This document shows positions 47,301 to 54,652 of a stretch of DNA of 64,000 nucleotides, piece after piece (position 1 is the stretch's first letter; each line of letters starts with the position of its first letter). Under the pieces are notes generated by a model. It ran no database searches and was not told where the DNA came from. It saw only the letters and a list, made by a program, of their open reading frames with translations. Location of the stretch: NCBI GenBank assembly GCA_945883905.1, contig CAMCYL010000004.1, positions 2,190 through 66,189 on the forward strand, given 5' to 3'. The DNA comes from Akkermansia muciniphila. Lineage in GTDB: Bacteria; Verrucomicrobiota; Verrucomicrobiia; Methylacidiphilales; CAMAQI01. The position numbers and the translations under genes are program-made.

Positions 47301-47674
47301 GTGCAGCGGCTAATGCTGGAAATGTGGATTACGGTATAGGGAAGATCGAAGATTGGATTGTGACCTATGATAAAGAACTTAAAGGAGTCATCACCTACAA
47401 TCTTCAAAAACCGTATCAGATAGAGGGGGTGTCGGTAACCTTTTCGGGAATATTACCAAGCCTTAAGGTTATGCTCTCTGATGATGGGAAGAATTGGAGA
47501 GAGGTAGGGACTTATCATGAGAAAAAAGCAAAAGAGACCAGTCCATTGGATGTACGTTGCTTTGAAATCACATGGAAAAAATCTAAGGCACAATATATGA
47601 AGCTTGATTTAGGAGTTCGCGAACTAGGAGAGACTCTTTCTCTTGCTGAAATCGATATTTTTGGTCTCCCCTAA
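44378..47674 (+). CDS. Giant secreted multidomain protein: CBM9-like N-terminus, glycosidase-like/GATase1-like core, discoidin (F5/8 type C)-like C-terminus (paralog I)
   Basis: Signal peptide MSKMTKLLSICIGLVLFTYLKAE. PPVVDGRVSDKEWDGAP..SDDVVEMIIDP is CBM9-like. Motifs shared with 54653-57637: YSRWKG, ADLSGV.EIWPCPH.E, NGATG, GGTLV.LDP.VF, KIWR.Q.P, CLTNNYVEW, KGKLTNR. The C-terminal end ..SDDGKNW..YMKLDLG..LSLAEIDIFG. Confidence 0.6.
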   Translation: MSKMTKLLSICIGLVLFTYLKAEIVIPFFDKPPVVDGRVSDKEWDGAPTLDLVGLKGDPITKLAQVRVAYDQSNLYFLFINQEPVMKNLRNDFTHTEERDVQIWSDDVVEMIIDPYRAEASDAFHILTNARGIVYDAHNRNTVWNPQIKILTSKEQERWIVEVSLPFRDIGYTPQGGERWDMNFARQEKQKGELSNLVGKEGEAGFIHPSRRKTFIFGATKKNTVELLGFLKKGEPFAQLQVNNFGTEKKEWMIRVNSTQDGSSLSTETKKISLDVKKSEKIEIPYIIKTGTQLISLDVFDLNLKKSAYKNRIEYTIYDPNASTAQRYWKIEDPLYTELLGQDSYGIIKNTGMPIFGTGFVHFKFRTAGLQYGFPYSEFEYYQTAARDKIRNVIPWPTIEDPRYPNFSHFSRQTGSKACFYPYFIFVPEVPTVKRHPFLYDPRVEDYFLKDIERGIKKYGDIIESLWFTDEQSSGMAEYGVLFYEEQKETYPFILQVNETVKKEYGYGKWGIPENKGDRNPFRWIAWRRWLADRQVNLMSRAFKLTKQLDPKIVFISEDPQAVHQAVDYSRWKGICDLVTHQLFPRKTPEDYHFGFITKHIADLSGVSEIWPCPHVEEYAGSFTPEETVGLLSQMVQNGATGMTMAPVDAIGMSEKKKTLHDEEFGAPDRWKTVLNVIDELRQTKKPIYPKADHALLYSTDTIATYPMYETNEELPMGYTLLGPSTRGWFDFISDYQIERKEKNLNHYKAIYIATAKYQNEKTVRELMKYVEEGGTLVSLDPEVFSFFSSGDSSADLREKLFGIEVLGSDSHSSRIQWGEIKDLVQGGTPQKIKIKNEKVTVIGSFEDGTPAIVSNTYGKGKAIYFASSPCFSRCVNHTGWRTALKKFQISLGIQIDQKIWRYQLPMNLAAKLPSRKNNCLTNNYVEWRQMNPIPIGNIDTKGTYQYEIAPDAVADISAVNTEIPFEKGKLTNRRAAANAGNVDYGIGKIEDWIVTYDKELKGVITYNLQKPYQIEGVSVTFSGILPSLKVMLSDDGKNWREVGTYHEKKAKETSPLDVRCFEITWKKSKAQYMKLDLGVRELGETLSLAEIDIFGLP

Positions 47675-47743
47675 AGATCATAAGGGTTTATTTGTCTCCT
47701 ATTATAAGCTTGTATCAAAGAAAGCTATAATTAGCATGAACCG

Positions 47744-48145
47744 ATGAAAAACACCTCAAGTCGAGATAGCGGCTTTAGCTTAATTGAGGTGCTTGTTGCG
47801 ATTACATTATTGATGGTGGGGATGCTAGGCATATTAGCACTCCTCCCTGTTGGAATGATCGACTATCATGATGCAAAGATGAAAAGCGTTGAATCGCAAA
47901 TGGTTGATTTTGTTGTTAAACAATGTTCAACCGGTAGTCCCTACGAACTGACTGGTCATAAATTTTACTTTGACCAACAAGGAGTCCTTTGTTCTGAAAA
48001 GGACTATGAGTATCTTATCACACTTTCAGTAAATCAAGTTCATGGGATACCGAATAATCAATTACTTACGCTTCAATTGAAAATTATTCGAAAAGGAAGT
48101 CGGAATCCAACGTACCAAAACACACAGCTTTTTAAAAGAACTTAA
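47744..48145 (+). CDS. Prepilin-type N-terminal cleavage/methylation domain protein, GspI-like minor pseudopilin (Verru_Chthon cassette-type)
   Basis: MKNTSSRDSG|FSLIEVLVAITLLMVGMLGIL has G at -1, F at +1 and E at +5. 133 aa. Confidence 0.8.
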   Translation: MKNTSSRDSGFSLIEVLVAITLLMVGMLGILALLPVGMIDYHDAKMKSVESQMVDFVVKQCSTGSPYELTGHKFYFDQQGVLCSEKDYEYLITLSVNQVHGIPNNQLLTLQLKIIRKGSRNPTYQNTQLFKRT

Positions 48146-48147
48146 AT

Positions 48148-49209
48148 ATGTCTAAAAATCGCGCTTTTGGATTACTAGAATTGTTAATTGCTATGACCAT
48201 TTTGATTATGTTAATGGGAGTTATTTTTTTTTCCATCTCTCAGGTCTCAAAATTAACGATTAAAACAAAAACAGAGATTGATGGTTATCGATCTGTACGC
48301 TTTGGAATGGAAATAATTAATCGAAAACTCAGCCAAGCCACGCTTAATTCTTATTGGGACTACTATACGAATGATGGTAAAAGAGTTAAAGACTACAATG
48401 TGCAAGAACCTTCTACTTATGGAAGGTACTCAGAACTTCATTTTGTTTCTGCGCCGTTAAATAAATTAGGGATTACTTCTCCCTCTAAATCTCACGGCAT
48501 CTTTTTTCAATCCCCTCAAGGCTATTCTCAAAACTCTGACTTACAAGGCGTTAAAGGTCTCTTAAATATATCTGGTTTTTTTTGCGGCGAATATATTATA
48601 CCTGCTCCCATTTCGTTATTTAAATCGGAGAAAAGATTTGGACTTCTGGAAATGCTTATTCCCACAGAACAATCGAATATCTATGCCTCTCGCTTTCAAA
48701 CAGATATAAATCAAGGATCTAATTATGCATGGTTTTTAGGTTGGATGGGGGACTTAGATACTCGTCGTTATATCGCCCCTGTTGCAGAAAATGTATTAAC
48801 GGCGATCTTTGTCCCACATTTTTCTATCAGTGATGACGTCGGTGTTTTAAACTCAGAGAATAGTCTAACGCCCAACCTCTTTTACGACTCAAGGCAAATC
48901 GGCCCCAATAACTCGACAGTAAAATTGGTGCGTCGAGTCGGTGGATCTTGGCAAGCAAGTTGGCTCCATCAACTGCCTCCTTTTGTAGATGTCTATCTTT
49001 TAGGGGTCAGCGAAACTTCAGCACAGGCTCTACAAGCAGATCCCGACTTGATATCCGATCTGTTTAGTGGAATTATATTTGAACAAGAAAATACAATTAC
49101 AAAGAATTTAGATTTAGTCGTCAATCGTGGACGGAAATATAATTATGATCTGCGTTGGTTTAAATCAACCGTGACTTTATTTTCGTCTCAAAACGAAGCG
49201 GGATTTTAG
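48148..49209 (+). CDS. Prepilin-type N-terminal domain protein, GspJ-like minor pseudopilin (Verru_Chthon cassette-type)
   Basis: MSKNRA|FGLLELLIAMTILIMLMGV has A at -1, F at +1 and E at +5. 353 aa. It starts 2 nt after the preceding stop. Confidence 0.7.
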   Translation: MSKNRAFGLLELLIAMTILIMLMGVIFFSISQVSKLTIKTKTEIDGYRSVRFGMEIINRKLSQATLNSYWDYYTNDGKRVKDYNVQEPSTYGRYSELHFVSAPLNKLGITSPSKSHGIFFQSPQGYSQNSDLQGVKGLLNISGFFCGEYIIPAPISLFKSEKRFGLLEMLIPTEQSNIYASRFQTDINQGSNYAWFLGWMGDLDTRRYIAPVAENVLTAIFVPHFSISDDVGVLNSENSLTPNLFYDSRQIGPNNSTVKLVRRVGGSWQASWLHQLPPFVDVYLLGVSETSAQALQADPDLISDLFSGIIFEQENTITKNLDLVVNRGRKYNYDLRWFKSTVTLFSSQNEAGF

Positions 49210-49212
49210 GCT

Positions 49213-52200
49213 ATGCAACAACATCGTTCGACGAATTATAAAATTTATAATATTTCAAGCCGAGGCTTTGCGATTCTACTCTCAATGGGAGCGTTGCTAT
49301 TACTTTCAATTATTGTGATATCCTTTCTAGAAACAGTACGTACAGAAAAAACGTTAATAGGTCTTAACGGAAGTGAACAGGAAGCTCGTCGTGCCGCAAG
49401 CTCAGCTGTTCAACTTGTGATGGCGCAAATTCAAAAAGCGACCTCTGATTCCTCGGGAGTGTGGAGTTCCCAGCCTGGCTTAATTCGAGTGCATCAATCT
49501 GGTAACACGATGGTTGCCTATAAACTGTATTCCTCTGATCCCTCAAAAATGATTTCTTCAAGTTTTAAGGAAGGCGAAGATGATTTTAGTGGTATTGAAG
49601 TAGGTGGAAATTGTACTGATTTAAATCAACCGATCTACTTTCAAGGAAGGACCGTTTATCCAATTCTCGATCCCTCTTTATTTAACAATGGTGATCCATT
49701 GGTTAAAGGATTAGAAAATCGCCATGGATACGGGAACGAAAATTTTCAAATGAAAGTTCAATGGATCTATCAACTTGCAGATGGTAGATTGGCTGTAAAT
49801 GGATCTTTTACAAAGGATAATCCTCCCGTCGCACGGTTTGCCTTTTGGGCAGATGATGAAAGTACTAAAGTCAATATAAATACTGCCTCAGAGGGAGTTT
49901 ATTGGGATATTCCGAGAACTGATTCGAGAGAAGATGTCAATTTTTCACTAAAGATTCCGGCTTTAAATGAATTCCAACGTTATCCTGGACACCCCGCAAC
50001 GACATCTTTAAGTCCCATTCTTAATTCAAAATCCTTGGGCGGAATTTTTAATAAAACAGGTCGTGAATATGAAAAAGCCGTCTATAGTTTTATCCCTCGT
50101 ATCTCTGAAGGTGGCTCTGAAGGCGGAACTGTAGAGCCACGAAATCCCTTAATTCAAGATACCGATCGCCTATTTGGATTTGTGGATGAGATGATCTTTA
50201 AAAACGATTCCTCTGACTTAGATCGTCAAGTGCAAGCTTTTAGCTTAAAAAATGCCGCAAACCTTTCATTTGTTCTGACGGCCAATAGTCGTTCGCCAGA
50301 GGAAACCGTTTTTTCAACTCCTCGTGTAACTATTTGGCCTCTTCATACAAATAAAGACTGGTGGACAGCCGCAGAAAAAATGATCGCTTTTTGCTCGAAA
50401 TTAAATGGTCATCTTTATGCGTTTCAACGCGAAAAAGCGTTAGATGCCATTTTTGATTATCAAGGGATTTCTCGAAATAAAGAGCTTTATGCCTATCTAC
50501 AAACATTAATTTCTAAGTCTCCTCCACATCTCAATACGAGCCTTAAAAATCATTGGGGAATAGATGCGGATCAAAATTTAACACTTTTATTTGATTATAT
50601 TCGAAGCGGTCCAGCATTACAGCACCCACAACTTGAAAAAAGCTATACAACTCAATTTAATAATATTCCTTCAATGCAAGCCGCTTCTGGAGCAGTCCAT
50701 CCGATTCTTATCAATAATACGAAAGGAATGGGAAGAACACTAAGTGTTTCACAAGTTGGTATTATCATCAGTGCATTGAGTGGAGCAGCTCCAGCCTCCA
50801 TGCAAATCTCTGCTTCGATCGCTGTGCAATTTTATAATCCAAGCCAAGGAATCGTGTATTATACGCCTCAAGGACTCGAGATTCGTATTTCAGGAATGGA
50901 TGCACTTCGTTTAAATGGGAATAATTTATTCGGCGGTGGCAATGTTTCAGCTTGGGAGTCTTTTGGCGGAGGATATATTAAAGATCTTACGAGGAATGCG
51001 ATGGGCGGTTTTTTAAGCTTAAGCACTTTTTTCTGTCATGAACTTCTTGATGCGAACGGTGATGTTTCACCGATTTTGTGGCTTGGAGGATATCCAAGAC
51101 CTAATAGAGCACCGCTTTGGAATGGAACGCAAGGAGCTATTTGTGTAGTCGATGCTACTGCTCCAGTTATTTTTTCTGGTGGGACAATAACAGTTGAAAT
51201 TCGAGATAAGAATTCACTTAGTATTATTCAAAAATGCGAAGTTAACCTTGATTCAAAAACCTTTAATCTTCCGAATTCAGCTCCTGCAACAACTCAAGCC
51301 ATTACTCCTTATGCTGCATCTGCAGGTGATCCTGATTGGTTATGGTGGAATAAAATACTCTATAATGATACCGCGCTTCCTCGCTATCGATTAATCTGGC
51401 CTGCTTTTGATACTGTTTTCTCATCTATCCTAAAAGCAAGCAGCCAAACCAATGGGGATTTTCGATTACTTGCGGCTCGCACAGGAACAAGCAGTGATTC
51501 AATCATTAACGCTAACTTTTTTGAATCCTCCACTGGGTCAACACCTCTAGTGCACGACTTTAAATCTCCTGAGGCAAATGAACAAGCCGCCGCTGCAGCT
51601 GGAACTACAAGTGCCTACTATCCAGGATCTTCTGATGAACAGAAAACCAATGAAGGAGCACTTGTCAGCGGAGCTTCCTATACAACAGGTATCTACTCTT
51701 CAATGTATCGACCGCAGGTAAATCGTAATGTATCTGAAGCTCTACAATCCAATGGTTTAAAAGGAGATTGGGACACTGGTATTTCAAACTATGGCGACGG
51801 TGCCTATATTAATAAACCAGATGAATCCTTTCGATCAAATGATACGGGCGCTAATAGATCGATTGCAGCAACCTATACTCAAGATACCTCCAGTAGAGGA
51901 ATTCATTACTTGCGTTGGTATGGCACCGCTGATGCCCTCGCAATTGCGGGGGCAGGGAATGCTGACACGTGGTACTCTCCAAATCGTCAAATGCCCTCAC
52001 CTGTGATGTTTGGATCATTGCCAAGCGGGGTGAAACGACTTCTACCATGGCAAACCTTTCTCTTTTCACCCGTAAGTGCAGCTGATTGTGATAAAGGAGG
52101 CCGTGTCCATCCCGGTTGGGGAAAAGACCTCTCCGACCATCAGCTTTTAGATTTTTTTCGAATGCCGGTTGCTGAACCGTATGCGATTAGTGATGCAACA

Positions 52201-52836
52201 TCTACCGCAGGTAAAATAAATGTTAATTTTCAATTAATTCCCTTTTCACATATCAAACGAGCCTCGGGTATTCACTCGGCTTTAAAATCTGTAAAAATTG
52301 GCGCTATCCCTTTATCCGACGCTTCAACTTATAAGTCAGGGAGCGTTCAATCTGCCTCATATCGATTTGAAATTGATCCCGAAGAAACTGTAAAGGGAAT
52401 CGAAGAAAAATTTAAAACGCCTTCAGCATCCTATCGAACCGAAAGCGAGATTGCAGAAATTTTTCTCTATCCAAAAGGAGTTCCCTATGCACCGAATAAT
52501 ACAGCTCTTTACTCTTGGTGGAGGACAAGATCTTTAACAGGAGACAATATGAGAGAACGCCCTTATGTAGAATTATTTCCTCGTCTCACCACTCGATCTA
52601 ATGTTTTTACGGTTCATCTTTGGGGAGAATCATTGAAAAAAAATAAGCATACAAACCCTTCATTTTGGGATGAACAACGTGACCAAGTAAGAGGAACTTT
52701 TCGTGGTTCAACAATGATTGAACGTTATATTGATCCACAAAATCCAAATCTTCAAGATTTTGCGTTGAATTCGAATCAACGCTTAAGTGATTTTTATCGA
52801 TTTAGAATTATTCAAAGCAACCAGCTCGTTCCGTGA
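49213..52836 (+). CDS. Giant GspK-like pseudopilin-type protein (Verru_Chthon cassette protein A-like)
   Basis: 1207 aa. N-terminus ..SSRGFAILLSMGALLLLSIIVISFLE has no E at +5, as in GspK. FWADDESTKVNINTASE (about nt 49843-49893) resembles the GspK 'DE..K.N.N' motif. It starts 3 nt after the preceding stop. Confidence 0.65.
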   Translation: MQQHRSTNYKIYNISSRGFAILLSMGALLLLSIIVISFLETVRTEKTLIGLNGSEQEARRAASSAVQLVMAQIQKATSDSSGVWSSQPGLIRVHQSGNTMVAYKLYSSDPSKMISSSFKEGEDDFSGIEVGGNCTDLNQPIYFQGRTVYPILDPSLFNNGDPLVKGLENRHGYGNENFQMKVQWIYQLADGRLAVNGSFTKDNPPVARFAFWADDESTKVNINTASEGVYWDIPRTDSREDVNFSLKIPALNEFQRYPGHPATTSLSPILNSKSLGGIFNKTGREYEKAVYSFIPRISEGGSEGGTVEPRNPLIQDTDRLFGFVDEMIFKNDSSDLDRQVQAFSLKNAANLSFVLTANSRSPEETVFSTPRVTIWPLHTNKDWWTAAEKMIAFCSKLNGHLYAFQREKALDAIFDYQGISRNKELYAYLQTLISKSPPHLNTSLKNHWGIDADQNLTLLFDYIRSGPALQHPQLEKSYTTQFNNIPSMQAASGAVHPILINNTKGMGRTLSVSQVGIIISALSGAAPASMQISASIAVQFYNPSQGIVYYTPQGLEIRISGMDALRLNGNNLFGGGNVSAWESFGGGYIKDLTRNAMGGFLSLSTFFCHELLDANGDVSPILWLGGYPRPNRAPLWNGTQGAICVVDATAPVIFSGGTITVEIRDKNSLSIIQKCEVNLDSKTFNLPNSAPATTQAITPYAASAGDPDWLWWNKILYNDTALPRYRLIWPAFDTVFSSILKASSQTNGDFRLLAARTGTSSDSIINANFFESSTGSTPLVHDFKSPEANEQAAAAAGTTSAYYPGSSDEQKTNEGALVSGASYTTGIYSSMYRPQVNRNVSEALQSNGLKGDWDTGISNYGDGAYINKPDESFRSNDTGANRSIAATYTQDTSSRGIHYLRWYGTADALAIAGAGNADTWYSPNRQMPSPVMFGSLPSGVKRLLPWQTFLFSPVSAADCDKGGRVHPGWGKDLSDHQLLDFFRMPVAEPYAISDATSTAGKINVNFQLIPFSHIKRASGIHSALKSVKIGAIPLSDASTYKSGSVQSASYRFEIDPEETVKGIEEKFKTPSASYRTESEIAEIFLYPKGVPYAPNNTALYSWWRTRSLTGDNMRERPYVELFPRLTTRSNVFTVHLWGESLKKNKHTNPSFWDEQRDQVRGTFRGSTMIERYIDPQNPNLQDFALNSNQRLSDFYRFRIIQSNQLVP

Positions 52837-52872
52837 TTTGACATTTAACACGTAAGTTTATAAGCTTATATT

Positions 52873-53508
52873 ATGCTCAGATGTTCTAAGTTTAATTATT
52901 TCAATGCTGCTTTTTCATTGATTGAGATTCTTAGCACTCTTGCGATTATTAGTATTTTAATTGGATTTAGTCTGCCCAAATTCTTTGCAATGCAAGAAAA
53001 TGCAAGACTCTCTCAAGCCGCTGATAATGTCATTGATCAAATAAGACTTGCACGAATAGAAGCCGCTACACTCAATCGACCTGCAGCAGTTGTATGGATC
53101 GATCAAAAAAATGTAGACTCAAATACTCACAAACGTTTTATTCAAATACAACGATTTATTCAGAGTCCTTACCGAAAAACACAGGATGATTTTAGTTTTA
53201 TTCCCATGAGCAAAAAAATAACTCTTCCCCAAGCAATTCTCATTCATCCAGAGGCAGAGTGGTCGAGTTTACTTCAAAAACGGACTTCAGATGTAGATTA
53301 TATAGAAGGAATAAAAGGGGATTATCGAATGATCATCATTTATCCTAGTGGTCGTACCTCTTATGATCTCTATGATTCAGAAGGAAATCCATCAGAAGTT
53401 TTTCTGACTTTAGTTTCTGAAGATGAACTTCTCCTTACAAAACCAAAAAAAATCATTACAATCACGATCGATCCTTTAACTAGTGTAGCACGTCAATGGA
53501 GAAAATAG
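52873..53508 (+). CDS. Prepilin-type N-terminal domain protein, GspH/FimT-like (Verru_Chthon cassette-type)
   Basis: ..FNAA|FSLIEILSTLAIISILIGFSLPKF..AADNVIDQIRLARIEAATLNRPAAVVW has A at -1, F at +1 and E at +5. 211 aa. Confidence 0.7.
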   Translation: MLRCSKFNYFNAAFSLIEILSTLAIISILIGFSLPKFFAMQENARLSQAADNVIDQIRLARIEAATLNRPAAVVWIDQKNVDSNTHKRFIQIQRFIQSPYRKTQDDFSFIPMSKKITLPQAILIHPEAEWSSLLQKRTSDVDYIEGIKGDYRMIIIYPSGRTSYDLYDSEGNPSEVFLTLVSEDELLLTKPKKIITITIDPLTSVARQWRK

Positions 53509-53509
53509 T

Positions 53510-54562
53510 ATGTCTAACAAACCAACAATGGATCAAATTGCCAAAGTTCTCGGTTTGAGTCGAATGACCGTTTCTACGGTCATAAATCATAGATCTCAAA
53601 AGCGATATGTTGCTACCAAAACTGAGAAAATAGTTCTCTCCTATTTAGATCAGATTGGGTACGTACGCAACTATCATGCAATGCGCTTAAAAATACCTAC
53701 TAAAGAGATCGTAGGGATATTTTATGACGGATCATTTATTGTTTCTCATGTGACGCAAGTTTTTAGTCAACTGATTAATGAGACTTTAAGTCATTCAGAC
53801 TCCCGTCTTGAACTCAAAATTGCTCCACCAACAGAAGCCGCCTCTGCGATCGAGGAGTTAATTGGACGCGGTGTCACGCACTTGGCTTGGATCATGGAGC
53901 AATCAAGTTTATATTCGTTTGAGACGATCCCTCGAGTTTTTAGTCTTCTTGAGAAGAAAAGATCGGCTATTTACAATTTTTCCGATTATAATTCTGACTT
54001 TAACCTGCATAAACGTTTCCCAAAAATATATGCATTAGGTTATGATCGTACGGCTGCCTTTCAATCCTTGGCGCAGAAACTCAAAAAATTTAAACATAAA
54101 CGTATTTGCATTCCACAAATTAGATACTCATCACAAAAGAGGATTCTGCAATATTTCGATTGGAAAAGCATAGGAATTGAGGTCTTTTTTATTCATCCTG
54201 AAAATCTTCAAGAATCTTCGAGTTCTACTTATTTCGAAAAAATTGCGAACGAAATTATTTATTATAAAAAAGAGCACTTGATTACAGCAGCTATATTTTT
54301 AGATGATGAATATGCGGCTCGCGTTCTTTCTCAGTTAACGAGAAAAAAAATTATGGTCCCTCAAGATCTCTCAATAACAGGAATGGATAATAGCCCTATT
54401 TTAGAGTTTCTTCCTCAGAGAATTGATACTATCGGAGTTCCTGTAGAAAAAGGTTATACGTATTTGAAAAACTGGATCTTTAGTCGTCAAACAGCAAGAG
54501 TACAATTGTTAGAGATGAAAATTATTTCTGGAGAAACATTAGGAGTTGCCTCTTCTTTGTAA
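53510..54562 (+). CDS. LacI-family transcriptional regulator
   Basis: HTH MDQIAKVLGLSRMTVSTVINHRS plus a periplasmic-binding-fold C-terminal domain. The ATG lies 1 nt after the TAG of the preceding pseudopilin gene. Confidence 0.85.
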   Translation: MSNKPTMDQIAKVLGLSRMTVSTVINHRSQKRYVATKTEKIVLSYLDQIGYVRNYHAMRLKIPTKEIVGIFYDGSFIVSHVTQVFSQLINETLSHSDSRLELKIAPPTEAASAIEELIGRGVTHLAWIMEQSSLYSFETIPRVFSLLEKKRSAIYNFSDYNSDFNLHKRFPKIYALGYDRTAAFQSLAQKLKKFKHKRICIPQIRYSSQKRILQYFDWKSIGIEVFFIHPENLQESSSSTYFEKIANEIIYYKKEHLITAAIFLDDEYAARVLSQLTRKKIMVPQDLSITGMDNSPILEFLPQRIDTIGVPVEKGYTYLKNWIFSRQTARVQLLEMKIISGETLGVASSL

Positions 54563-54652
54563 CTTCTTTCGGTTTATGTACGCATACAGATCTCAAACAA
54601 AAGATCCGCTTTTTGAACAGACCTTAGTTCATTTAAAACAGAATATTATTAC

